In this document: piece after piece, positions 1-12,128 of the stretch | Position numbering within the stretch: the first letter of the stretch is position 1 | Layout: every line of letters starts with the position of its first letter | Assembly: GCA_000826855.1 (NCBI GenBank) | Contig: JTLS01000200.1 | Location: 1-34,470 of the forward strand | Direction of reading: 5' to 3' | DNA from: Basidioascus undulatus | Lineage: Eukaryota | DNA: 34,470 bases | The notes under the pieces: model-generated | Told to the model about the DNA's origin: nothing | Databases searched by the model: none | The model's input: the letters and a program-made list of their open reading frames with translations, nothing else | Program-made: the position numbers and the translations under genes

Positions 1-27
1 ATCTCACCCCCCCTTCCCATCCCACAG

Positions 28-468
28 GCGTACGCCCTCGACAACGTCTGGCCGAACACGAAGTTCGTCCTCGCGCAGCACACGCCCACGCCCTTGCTCT
101 CCCCGCTCTCGCGCGAGGCGCGACGCGACCGGAAAGAGCGGCAGGCGCGGACGAAGAGTCATGCAGAGATGGCAAGGGTATTTGAGATGGAGCTGGGGGA
201 GGAGAAGGGACTTGAGGGGCCGGTGGGGGAGGGGCTGAGGAGGACGCTGGAGGAGCGGAGGAGGAAGGAAGGTGAGGGGCAGGAGAGGAGCGGGGAGGGG
301 ACCGTGCCGCAGAGGGCGGCGGAAGAGACGATTCTGGCTGTGCCGGAGGGCGAGAGGGATGGGAAGACGGCGGAGCTGGGGGGTGGGAAGGCGGCGGAGA
401 CTGGGCCCACACCGGTTGAGGAGCCACCGGTGGTGCAGGGGGAGAAGGAGCAGGCTGTTGCTGCTTAG
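28..468 (+). CDS. Last exon of an unidentified gene entering from the left edge; charged, low-complexity C-terminus
   Basis: CTCAC branch-like site and CCCACAG acceptor at 1-27. The frame AYALDNVWPNTKFVLAQHTPTPLLSPLSREARRDRKER...EQAVAA stays open to TAG at 468, with GC3-rich codon use. Family not recognised. Confidence 0.65.
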   Translation, partial: AYALDNVWPNTKFVLAQHTPTPLLSPLSREARRDRKERQARTKSHAEMARVFEMELGEEKGLEGPVGEGLRRTLEERRRKEGEGQERSGEGTVPQRAAEETILAVPEGERDGKTAELGGGKAAETGPTPVEEPPVVQGEKEQAVAA

Positions 469-1439
469 ACCATATCACATTGCTGCTTTCAATCCTTTTT
501 TTCAAGTGCGCTCGCTGTCCATACCGAGCTTCAACTAAACTGAAAGAAGAGGAGAAACAAGATGGAAATTGCGCAAAGACTCCCGTGCGACCGACTGCTT
601 TTCCGCTGGCGCTGCCTCAAAGCGGTCTCTACGTAGGGTCATCGCGACTAACCCATATTATACAGGCCTTACACGGTCCCAGCGCACCGCGCAAAAACGA
701 AAAATAAGCCAAGGGAGCAAGAAAACTTGATGCGCTTTAGAATATTCACACATCCCTCTTGTACTTCCCGTCGACTGTCTGGCAGAGCAGGTCCTTCCAC
801 GGCGGGAGCTCTGGATGCGGCCCACCCCCCACGCCCTCCTCCATGTCCAGACGCGAGAGCATACTTGGGAGACCCCACTGTTCCCTGGGAAGGTCAGCGT
901 GTGTAACCCAGATGATCGATAACTCTTTCGCGGGTCGCGACGAAGGTAGGATCCAATATCCTCGCCCCTCGCAGTGGAAGAGGCGCGCCAGTGGATCCAG
1001 TTCGTCAGGCAGGAGAGAGAAGACCCCTTCACTAGTGTCTACGCCTCACCCGCCGCCCTGGCGGCGGCCTCTGCTTCATACATGCCGGCGGAGGGGTGGC
1101 GATCGGCGAGGGGAGAGCAGTTGCATGCGTTTATGCCCAGTACCACGACAGACGTGGCAGAGATGATGGTCCTACCAGAGGGATACGCGGGTGCCCGTGT
1201 AAAGCCATCTACGTGTGAGATGTTTGCAGAGCTCGCGCCCACCGGCCGTCCCAGTATCGAGGACTTCTACGAGGAGTCACTTAGGGGTCTGGACGACATT
1301 ATGTCACAGCAGCTAATGCAGGGAACGATAGGGGACATGTCGAGGCAGGCTAGGCTCGCCGCTTCATGTGGGAGCTCACAGGAGACCTGCGTCAGGTCTC
1401 AATCAGTCACGCGTAACTCCTTTACAGCACGGTAGCCAG

Positions 1440-2660
1440 TTAACAATCGCACGCACATGATAACCGTCAACAGAATCCCGCGAAACCCAGGGTGTGCGCA
1501 GTCTTCAGCGTCTCCGCCTTCTGCACCTCCCGCACTTGGGCGATGGGGCAGGATCGACCGGAGTTCTTCCATCTGTACGAGGTCCGCGCGCTCCCGGTCG
1601 ACCGCAAAGCACCTCCCGAACAGCACGCCCTGCCCGCCGCGCCAAGTCAAGTGGATGAGCAGCAAGTGTGTCGGCGAAGCTGCGCCGCTCGGGCGGCGCG
1701 AGATCGAAAGCGAGGATGGCGCGACGTCGAGTAGGTTCCGGCACTTGCGCTCCCAGGCCCGGACGAGGTCGAGGGCCGCCCGCGGCGTCAGGCCCCCAGG
1801 AATCCTCGCCAGGAGCGCGGCGTCGTTCTCAAGGTTGCGATTGTACGCTTTCGTGCCGATGCAGCGACCTTGTGCAAGCCAGTGGGCCTTCTGGCATTGG
1901 CGGCTCTGATTGCGCAGAATTGAGCATCGGCTACGACCCAGCTCTAGAAGACCACAAGGCAGCTCACGCTTCGCAGCATTGCGTTCCATGACTGAGAAGA
2001 GATTCTCCGGGAAAGGATCCATGACAAGCCCACTCACCAACTTGAGTGCCAGCTTCGTTTGGCGCTGTGGCGGCGATGGCGCGGCGGTGAAAGCGCTAGC
2101 CGTGGAGGATTGCGAGGACGAGGTTTAGAAGCTTGTCGGGCTCGAAGACGCAAGATGTGTCGAGGAGGACGGGGTAGAAGGTAGAGGCGAGGGGAGGAAC
2201 GTGGGGAACGTCGAGGTGGCCTACGTGCTGGACTCTGAAGCGTTGAAGGCTCGACGAGCCCCAGAAGTTGTCCGCGTCGGAAAGCGGTTCTGCAAAAGGC
2301 TTGAGGTCCATCGCGTCGCCCCTTGTGTGTGCGGTGAGCGGTTTGTGCATCCCGTCACATCTTCCGTACTCCACTCACACTCGCAGCGTCCACATCGCAG
2401 CCAGCCCGGCTATCCTCCTCACCCTCCTCGTCCTCGTCCTCGTCCTCCTCCCATTCTCATCGAAGGACCTCCACTTTGGCCACCAAGTAGGCTGGGTCCC
2501 CTTCAAGAAGTCCGTCTGCGATGCTCCGCTCTGGCTTACCCGCCAGCTCGGGCAGCAGACCGCTGCTCGGCTGCGCTGTAGCGCAGGTAAGAGGCGAGTC
2601 GTCTTGGGGCTGGAGGAAGAGCTCGAAGGTTGGTGTTGGAAGATGAGGGATGTTTAATGG
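1440..2660 (-). pseudogene. Degenerate MYND-type zinc-finger gene relic
   Basis: Spliced remnants (S-S-C)-H-G-T-Q-C-C / S-R-Q-C-Q-K-A-H-W-L-A-Q-G-R-C, separated by GTGAGT..TCAG and GTGAGC..ATCAG introns, resemble MYND CxxC...YCSxxCQxxHWxxHKxxC. The downstream segment LVRAWERKCRNLLDVA...THLLLIHLTWR resembles basidiomycete MYND proteins. Upstream frames contain stops and shifts. Boundaries approximate. Confidence 0.4.
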
Positions 2661-4389
2661 ACCCTTTTCTTTGATCGGAGGCGGGACGGGGCAGAGCGAA
2701 AGGAACTCTGAGGCGAAGGTGCTTCCCGGTCGAGGACTGCTTGTGCGCGATCTGGTTGGAAACATCTCCTAGGCTTCCACAGATGAATGTCAAAATGGGT
2801 CGTACAGAGGTGCATTTCTCGACCTCCTCAAGTCCCTTTACGCACACCACACTTGAGCGAAACTTGCCCGAGGCAGCTTGCCACTGCCGCCACGCGCAGA
2901 TCCGCCCTGACGCGCTTACTCGCGTTGAAGCCGATGAACGAGGGCCACGACTTACGCTCTCGGAGGATCCGCGCTCAGGGCAACGGCTGCAATTCGCGTG
3001 ATAGACCTTTTCAAGAGATCAGATTTTTGTGGTCTATCAGAACCGCTCGGAGATGGTTGCATATTGTGGGAATAGTGGAGAAGGAGGGCAGGTCGTGCGT
3101 TGTACGGTTGCTGTACGACACGTGGGCGTACTCCAGTTCACAGAAGAGCTCACCCAAGCTGTGGATGATTCCTTTTAAGAGGAAATTTGAAACTAGACGA
3201 CAACTAGGGATACATAATAGGGCTATTCAGCTAAGGGACTGATGGTTCACTGAGGTCCACCCTCTGAGAGTTCCTGCTCAGATTGAGTATAGCATTGAAA
3301 CGGGTTATCCCTGATCACCCTTCTCATGACATGCGCAGGTGCTCTCAGAAACATTCGCCTGCCTCATGAGCTGCAACAAGTCAAGTCACTGCTATGGTCA
3401 GGAAATTTCTGAAAAATATAAGATTCAACTAGTCCTATTCTGGCTGTGGCATTCTTGGTATATACAGGCAGCTGGTGGCTCACAGTATGCCGCTGAGCCT
3501 CAGGACTTCCTGACCATGTTTCACGGCCCTGCACTGCATGGATGAAAAGAAACCTCAGCCTATGATTGATTGAAAGTCTAGATAAAATGTGTATGACCTT
3601 GTTTGATGACCTTGTAATCAGTCTCTCACTGAGATCAGTGAAGCAAGCCCCTTTGCACTTGGCCACCTGACTAGTGTCCATCCAGGTAGGATCCCTTTCA
3701 CAGAACTAGTCCTGATTGGAAAACTTTCACTGTTTTTTCAGTAAGAACACTTTCAAGAGCTCAGAAGCTCAGCAGGTATAGTATGGTAGCTCAGCTCCCC
3801 CTGTGTCTCTCAATTGTGCATCTCTCTGGGCACAAGTTATCACTTCTGCACAGATCTAGGTGGCTGAGAGATCTACTGGCCTTTCAAAACATCCTCTCAT
3901 AGGGAAGCCCATAGTAGTGAGGTTGAATGACAAGGCGCCTGTGTGTGCACAGAGTGAAAACAGGGCTGATGACAGTTGGAGTAGCTGTGGCCCTATTTTT
4001 TTTAAAAAAACCCCTAGAGTTCACTTTGTCCAACCTGAGAGTCTGTTGGAATATCTGAGAAGACCTGCTTGTGCAATCTGGCTTCCCCATAGACTTAGGT
4101 CAGGTGCATGGCGGACAATGCGTGGCATGCCAGCTGCCTCTGCTCCACAGCCTCCTGCCTCGTCTGCGGCTCTTACTCCACTTGCCAAGCTCAGCCTGTC
4201 AGCTTCAGTCCAGAGCACATGGCATCACTGCTCTTTCTCCGTGACCCCAAATTTTGAGTTCAACCCAAAGTAAGGGCCCAGCAACAAATAAGGACACCCC
4301 CCTCCTTTTCCCCAGTCCTGTTCATTCCGGTCTCTCATCTACTGTACCATCTCTTCAAATGGGAAGCACTCATGTGCGTACTCTTACAG

Positions 4390-4724
4390 GCCACAAGAAC
4401 TATGAATCTGAGAGGGTGTATGTGATTATATAGCAGTGGAACCTTGTGAAGTGCAAGAAGGAATATGAAGAGGAGCTGGCAAGGCTTTGGTGCATGGTCT
4501 TCACCCCCCCTTCCCCTCCCCAGCCTTTTCTGCTGTTTACCTTTCTCTTTTTACATTTGAGTAGATTTTTCCATCATAAATTTTACCCTGTCAAGGCTCC
4601 AAAGTTGCTCCCTCCTGACTAGAAAGAGTGCAACCTGGGAGAGGGGATGCTTCCTAAGAAGTGGCAAAAGAGGGTGAAACTGGTACATGGGGTGTGGGTG
4701 GCAGTGGAGGAGGCTGTAGAGAAG
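4390..4724 (+). pseudogene. Two phase-compatible exons of an unidentified eroded gene inside the CpG-depleted block
   Basis: Exon 4390-4489 (HKNYESERVYVII*QWNLVKCKKEYEEELARL) and exon 4565-4724 (FFHHKFYPVKAPKLLPPD*KECNLGEGMLPKKWQKRVKLVHGVWVAVEEAVEK) are bounded by YAG acceptors and GTGCAT/GTGAGT donors and carry in-frame stops. Confidence 0.4.
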
Positions 4725-5340
4725 GTGAGTGAGAGGAGAATAATTCAGTGGAAAGTGGGTGGAGGGCTTTGTGCAAGGGAGACTTGACTTGAGGGTGGAG
4801 TAAGATCAGCAGGAGCAGCAGCGGGCCAAGGGCATCACAGAACCAAGTGGATCTGAGTAGGAGGAAGAATAATAGTGTATTCGGTGGGTTCTGTTCTGAG
4901 TATTTGAGACAACAGGCAAAGGAGACTGAGCAGGTGGTGCTTGCTTGCAGTGAGCATCCCTGGCTGCACCGGTAGTGTATCCTGCACATCCAGCTCATTA
5001 CGTCAACTGACAAGGGAAGGGAGAACAGGGGTGTTCATTCTTTTGTGAAAGTAAAGAAATCAAGTGCAATTGCTGAGCAAGCCTTCAAGAGTGAGCTTTG
5101 ATCAGCAGTTGTGGTAAGGTGATGAGCCTGTCCGCTTGCGTCGCATCCGCAAAGTACCCCGCACTCTGGAAAGATTGAAACAGAAACTGGATAGTCTATG
5201 CTACTCAGGCATGCAGACAGCAGAAAGCGAAAGCGTGCTGCATCCCATCACAGCCATCCAATCCCTTCTCGTCAACCAGTCCCGATTCTCCCCCCGACCC
5301 AATCCGCCCGCACCCGTCCCGTACAACCCACACCAGCACC

Positions 5341-6841
5341 TCAAGCCTTCCTTGTCGTCTTCCCGCGCGTCCGCTCCCTCACGACCTGCCCGCCCCAGCG
5401 CCGCACATCAGTCTCCCCGCTCTCCACCAGCGCCAAGAGAAACGAGATGAATGAGAGGACGCACCAAAGTGTTCCCGTGCTTGTGCCCGGCGTTGCCGAT
5501 CTTGGGCTTGCGTGTGCGCTTGCCCTTTGTCAGCCAGCCCCAAATCGAGCGCGGGTGCTTGTTACCCTTCGATTTTCCGCGCCCACCACCGTGCGGGTGG
5601 TCCTTCGCGTTCATCGCTACACCACGGACGTGGGCTGTGAGAAACCGGAAAATGGTCAGCGGCGGCCCGCGGGGAGGGAAGAGAGAGGGTGCGAGGAAAG
5701 AAAGAGGGGTTGGGAATGGAGATGGGGAAGGGAGGAAAAGAGGGACAGGGTGAAGAGGGGAACGGGGAAGAGGAGAGGAGATCGGGTATTAGAAAGGGAA
5801 GAAAAAGGACGCACGCCTCCTGCCCAGCCATCTGCTCCGCCCCGCCTTGCCGAGCGACCGCAAGTGGTGCTGCTCGTTGCTGACGGTGCCCACCGTCGCC
5901 GAGCACCCCATCAAGACATAGCGGACCTCGCCGCTCTGCAGGCGAACCTGGGCGTACTTGCCTCCGGGGCCGCTCGAGTGCGAGATGAGCTGGCCGAACG
6001 AGCCGGCAGCGCGGAGGAGGCGCGCGGGGCCCTTGGGTTTGAGGGAGAGCGCGTGGATGATGGTGCCGACGGGGATGAGGCGGAGGGGGAGGACGTTGCC
6101 AGGGCGGACAGTGTGCATGCGGAGGAGACCGAGGTCGAGCGACGACGGGCCGGCGGTCGTCTTGCTCGCGGCCTCGTCGTCCGCGGAGCTCTCAGCGGAC
6201 AAGCTGCCCCCGAAGCGCTCGACGAACTCCTTGCTCTGCGTGAGCCGGCGTACGCCCGCATCGTCCAGCGTGCGGAAGCTCTCAACCGTGTCCCCGGCGC
6301 GGAGCCCGGCAGGCGCGATGATGTAGCTCCATGTCGCGCCGGGGTCGGCGTCATTGCGCTTGCGCAGGAGCGCGATGTGCGCGCTCCGCCCCGGGTCGTA
6401 CTCGATGCGCACGACATCGCGCACGCCGCCCTCGAACCGGTGGAAGTCAACCGTCCGCAGGCGCCGCTTGTGCCCGCCGCCGATGTGCCGCGAGACGATC
6501 CGCCCCGTCGAGTTGCGCCCGCCCGTCTTGCGCTTCGACAGCGTGAGGAGGCGGAACGGCTTGCCCCGCCAGAGGTGCGGGTGAACGGGCTGCCGCAGGT
6601 GCCGTATCGACGGCGTGATCGGCTTGTACGTCTTGAACCCGCCCGAGATGCGGACGAGCGGGGCGGTCTTGCGCGGGGGGCGCGCGGGAGTGCGGGAGGG
6701 GGAGGGAGCAGTAGAGGTCGAGGAGGCGGTGGTAGTGGTGTTGGTGGTGGTGGTGGTGGTAGAGGCGAGGCGAAGGGAGAGCGGGGCGGAGGGGAACGAG
6801 GGGAGGGCGGTGCGCCGGAGGGCGCGGGTGAGGTGGAACAT
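5341..6841 (-). CDS. RML2: Mitochondrial large-subunit ribosomal protein L2 (uL2m); 3 exons: 6841-5815, 5634-5465, 5385-5341
   Basis: uL2 motifs [73 protein letters not shown]. The Arg/Ser/Thr-rich N-terminus ([13 protein letters not shown]...) is typical of a presequence. Canonical GTGCGT..CAG introns restore the frame through to [14 protein letters not shown]. Confidence 0.95.
6728..6760. repeat. Imperfect (GGT)n microsatellite encoding a poly-Thr tract in the L2 N-terminal extension
   Basis: ggtggtagtggtgttggtggtggtggtggtggt read directly; translates as TTTTTTNTTTT on the - strand. Confidence 0.7.
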
Positions 6842-9683
6842 GGCGCAGACTGGGAGGTTCAAAGATGACTTGAGCACCGTAGATTCCGCCACAAGAGCCC
6901 TATCTGACATAGGAAGACTCACCTCGCTCTAACAGCTCCTACTCAAGTTTCCAAAAGTCCAGAGCCCAACGTCCAGTGTCCGAGAGCCGGCTGCCCACAC
7001 TCCCAGCCCATCAGCTTCCCGATAGAGCACGCAGGGTCCCTTCCGTCTCCGAAGCCGGACGGACCGATTGGAAGCAAAGCGATGATCGAAAGATCAGTAC
7101 AACCGACGAAGAGAAAGGCGAGCGAGCGACAGCGGGCGAAGCGAAGCGAGAAGGCACGCGGGCCAAGGGGAGTTGGAAAAGGCCGAAACCTTTCGGCGAG
7201 GGGAATTCGTGGGAAGGCTGAAGGCAGGCAAAGGCTGCCGTTTCGCCTCGCACTATATGGAATGGCATTACGATGTAGAGATGCGGGTGCTATACATTTG
7301 AAGAGGTAGAGTCCCGCACAGATGTTCTGATGGGAGCGGGCAGAATTGAAATAAGTTGATGGCAAGGCGGAAAAGCACGCTGTCTGGCCGTTCCGGCTGC
7401 TTAAATCGACATAGATAGTATGTTCCTCCCCTTTTTTTCCATGGAGGTCAGGCCAAAGTGTTACAGCATTCGGAGTTGAAGTGGGTGCTGAGGTGTTTCG
7501 AAGCTTGTAGCGGCGGTGGCACGCTTTCGCCAAAGCTCTCGACCCCAATAGCAACTCGGCTTTAATTTCCCTTCTCCTTTCTTTCAGTCCTAAATATGGG
7601 CCAAAAATGAGCATTATGCTCCATCACGCCTTACAGTATGCGCCCACCGAAATTGAAAGCGAGATGGAAACAGCAGGGGGCCCTTCCACGTTCGCAAGAT
7701 CTCGAGTCGTTTTAGGACCGTACGTCTGGATCTTCGGTGCAATGGGCAGCAGACTTACCTGTATTGGGGAGAGCGTACCACGTTCAGACGGGGACGCTCG
7801 GCACACTGGGGAGGGCCTTGCAAGCACGTCCACAGGCAACTTTGGGCATATATAGGAACATACACATCCGCGACCAAGAATGCACGAGAAACCAAAAGGC
7901 CGACGGACTCCCTTCAACTACTTTTTCAAGACAGTAGCCACGATCCCCTGCCCGATGGTGGTGCTTATTGGCGCAAGTGACACATCGCCACGTACATTTA
8001 TAGGGCCTGGCTCCAGGCGACCTGACCAACAGCTGGTTGCTGCGTCAGAGTGAGTTTAGCATGCATACCGGGTCGTTTGGGGAAGCGGAGCCAAAAGGTG
8101 CTGGCTCACTCCCGTCTGCTTGATGGACGACTGCGCGGAGAGCCTACCTGCTGGGATCGAAGCTCCAGATCGGAGAGGTCGCAGAGCCTATACTCATGAA
8201 AAGCAGGCTTTGTTAGCTATATTTGTGGGCCTTCCCGTGCTCGTCCAGTAATGGCGCAATGCAGAGGCCACATACTCGGTGCGTTGGCGACGCGTAACGT
8301 GCAAGAGCTAGGGGAATTTAGCGTTGCAATAAGGTATTTGCCCGGACCTTCGTACTTCGTACTTTGTAGGGGAAGGACGAGGTTTTCAGCAAGTTCGATA
8401 ATGTGCTCAGCCATGAGGCGTACTTGGACATTCACGTTGACGCCCGTGCGTGATTCCCGTCGGTGGCGTCAAGATGGCAACGATCAAAGCCCGCTCTTGA
8501 GGGATAGCATGCCAGCGAGGGGCCTCGCTTTTATGACCCCCCACCCTCCCCCCNGGAAAGGGTTGTTCTGTCTCAGTGCGCTGTTACACACGCTGCTCCG
8601 TACCAGATCGTGGCTCACAAATTGCCAGGTGACCAGCCTTTGCGGACGTAGGTGTTGTTCCTGGACAGTGTTGTGTCGAGCAGATGTCCGACCTACTGAT
8701 CCAGCACAACATTGTGGTAAGAGGCTGGTGAGGTGTGCAGGCACAATGGCAGACTCACTCAACGACCGGGTTTGCTTCTGGAGTGGTGGATCGTCGGGCA
8801 GGCGCGGGGCAGCATCTGTCCGCAAGACACCAGAAAGAGTCAGCGAACATAACCCATGACCGACATTTGGCTAAAATACTGATCTTTATCGAAAGGCTGG
8901 CGAGGTTTGAGCGGTGTCAAGCCCACGGCGAGCCTGAAACGAAGGAGCATCAGACTTGATGCTTCACGCTTCGCTAGGATTGAACAGATCGATGAGCTTA
9001 TTATAGGCGTACCTCTTTGAGTTGTTGTTGAGATCCAAAAGGGGTAGCTCAGAGCGGGAGAGATCATCCTGAATACCCCGGATGCTGTCCATTCGTGTGC
9101 GGGTCGGAATGGTGAGAACACCAGCTGCAAGGCCCAGAAGTGGTAGTAGAGCGACCATTTCTGTTGTTACTTTGAAATGTAAACCAACTCCGAGCAGTAG
9201 GTGTGAAGAAGGGGAACTGACAGAAGAAGCAGGTTCTGGGAACAAGGCTTTACAATTCAGCTGGAGTGTTCCCCGACTGAATGGGCGATGGGACCGATTC
9301 AATCCTGTTGAGTAATAGGCGTTTCCAACTGAATACTGAGCAAGCTTTTCTTCAGTGAATAGTGGCCTATCATGACTGAATACAATGTCAACCGACGGAC
9401 GGGGCCGCGCAGAGTTCATGGGCGTGGTGTGACTGGGTGGAACAAGTCTGTGAGACTTGGTATGCAGCATGCTCGTGTTGTTGGGATTAAAGCTTGTATT
9501 CCACGGGGTTCTGTATTATTTCATCTGACTACTTTTTGATGCGAATGCTTGTTTGGGTTAAGGCAGGTGGCTGCTCGTGGGGCGAGCGTAAAGCCAGGCT
9601 GTCACTGAAGGCGGTTGGGCCGACCCCTCGGCCGGAGCAAAATGGCCTTGAGATCCAAGCGCGGTGTAAGGGTGGGAAGATCA

Positions 9684-11416
9684 TTATTCGGCAATGACAT
9701 TTGACGAGATATTGTCCTGTAGATTGTACGACACCGCAGTGTGGGTCACGGTCCGTACGATGAACACGTTGAGGGGAACGGCCAGCTCGGCTGTCGTACA
9801 GCATGGAGTATCTCGCACTGAACTCCTACCGGGAAGCCTCATGGAGTAACTGAAGATGTTCTTGCAATTCCGTGCCGGCGACATTGAGAGCAGCTGGGAC
9901 TTGCGTTCGCATTGAAGGTCCTTGCCAAAAGCCTGAACTTTGTCGGAGAGAACACCTGGCGGCCAAGCGCTGAATCGCCTCGAAAGAACAAATAGCCCGC
10001 ATATGGGTAGGGCGCGACCTCGACGTCTGGCGCACCTCCGATGCGCTGAGCAAACTCGGTCCAAATTGGTCGACGACCGTGCCCAAAAACGTGCACGAAA
10101 GCCGCCGAAGCTCGGCGGACTCCTGGACACGGAGGTGAACGTTGTCGAAGTGGCTGACAGCAAGGTCTGGAGTTGCCAAGAGACGTAATTGTTGAGAAAC
10201 AGAACACCGGGGAGGAATCTTGCGTGGGCTGGGATGCATACCGAGGAGAGATCGTTGCTCAACGATCTCAACCTGCGTCGCGAGAGAGAAAACGAACTCC
10301 CACAACCCCGCGCGAACCCAACTATGCGCGGCATGGCTGTGGCCCTAAGTGCGTCAAGGTTTATGTCCATACTCGCTTCCAGAGAGAACTCACAGAGGAA
10401 CCGGCCCAGCAAAAACTACCTGAAGCAGCGTCAACCCAGCGGTCACTAAATCCTCAATCTCTGCATCCGATGTCGGACGGCTCGCGTCCCTCTTCAAGAG
10501 CGTCACGACGGTCTGTACCGGATGGCGATTTTCTCGGACGCGTTCAAGCAGCTCCGAAGACGAGCCATCGTCCGCGCCGCGGGAAGGGTCGATGAGGCTC
10601 GTGAGAAGACGAACTTGCAAAGCAGCGAATATGGCAGTCGGCGCTTGTGCAATGTCGTCACTGCTGTGTCGTAGGATGGCGGGTGGCGTGACAGCAGATA
10701 CTACGGGGGCGGTAACGAGGTCGCTATCGCTGAGAACTCGGCGGAGGGTGTCGGCACCGACATAGGATAGGGCGGAATCAGCCGCGGCGCGCCATAAGCG
10801 AATGAGGAAGGGTATCGTGCGGCCGTGGTTCGCATCATTCTGTAGCAAGGCTCAGAACTCCGAAAGTTCAGCCGCAGAACTGAGATTTTGGCACCGCCGT
10901 CCCGTTTATGCTCATATTCAAACAGAAGAGAGTCAATCGTCTCGGCGCTGCGAGTCCATGAGATGGGAACGCTTGCGTCGACTTGCGTCTTACTGGAGAA
11001 ACGCTCGGGTTTTCCAGAACTAATCAACCCCACGAATCTGACCCCCTTGAGAAATCAGAAAATGGACTCATATGCGCACATAATCCATCAACTTTGGAAA
11101 TCCCTTTTAAGAGTACCGCCTGCGCGAACGGTTCGCGTTTGGCACCAGCTCAACACCGCCAGATGAACGCAATGAGTGCGTTCCAGGAGGCGTCAGCTTG
11201 CTGAACTTGTTTCAAAGTGGTGATAAGGTAGATATTTGACTCACAATTACTTCTACCTTGAGGGAAGAAACAACTCACGGCCCGAACCCTTCCATGTCCA
11301 CCTTCAAGTGCCTTTCGACGAGCACACAAGCGAGCTCGGAGCGTTGATCTGCCTACCAAAGCCAGGCCATAAGAAAGCTCCCCTACAAGTTTCAACAAGT
11401 AACCAAGCTCACCCAA
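9684..11416 (-). other. Coding-like but unidentified, probably degenerate gene fragments
   Basis: A run of adjacent or overlapping minus-strand ORFs (11150-11416, 10701-11033, 10390-10848, 9684-10412) with helical, protein-like segments such as SDAEIEDLVTAGLTLLQVVF. No clean splice model and no family recognised. Confidence 0.25.
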
Positions 11417-12128
11417 GCTCCTGGGTCGGACAGGGTAAGCGGCAAGGTGCTTAGAATGGCGCTATCATCCTCCTCCGGTAACATCTGCTTGAGGATGACC
11501 ACCGCCGTGCGCGCCCGGGTATGTCTCGTTTCGCCCATTTCGGGGCCTCAAGTGACAGAACGAAGCACCCGTATGGTTCAAGATTAAAAAAGGCCGTGGG
11601 AGGCGATTTTCAGCATGGGAGGGGCCGACGACGAGTGAACAGGGCATTCGCTCTTTCTTCTCCGAGGGTTTTTTGACGATAAAGTGGTGGTATCTTGTGC
11701 GGAAAAGGAAATCCTGCGTGCAAGCTGCGACGTTTCCGGAGGGCACAGTAGCAAAGGGCGCTGATGAATGCCGACCTGCATACGGTACCGACAGCTTGCT
11801 TTGAAGATTTTAATGGTACATAGTGAAAGAGTAGAGCAAGACATCCACAAAAATTCATATACGGGGAAACCCGTTGTACTATGCATGTTCAGTCGAGGTT
11901 CATCACGCAATCCCTTTTCTGGCGTTAGACATGCCCTGTACTGTGAGAGAACTTCGCAGCGCGCTTCAACAGCTCTCGACCGGGTTTGTCACCCTCCTTC
12001 TTCGGATAACGGCGGCCCATGCAGGAATCCCAAATTCTGTCCATCCTCCCTGCTCCTGCCAAGCAGCGGCGATCGCATCAATGGGATGCAATCCTTGAAA
12101 TTTTATAATGAGGGAAGCTATGTCGGCT

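Noticed and set aside
759..1435. Plus-strand ORFs with an ILGRP string reminiscent of retroelement protease
   Set aside because: No DTG/DSG, reverse transcriptase or integrase motifs and no LTRs; evidence too thin.
6100..6290. Long insertion within L2 relative to bacterial uL2
   Set aside because: Fungal mitochondrial L2 proteins are known to carry an insertion at this position; not novel.
5198..6868. 556-aa plus-strand ORF
   Set aside because: Antisense shadow of the GC3-rich L2 gene; low-complexity translation with no independent motif.
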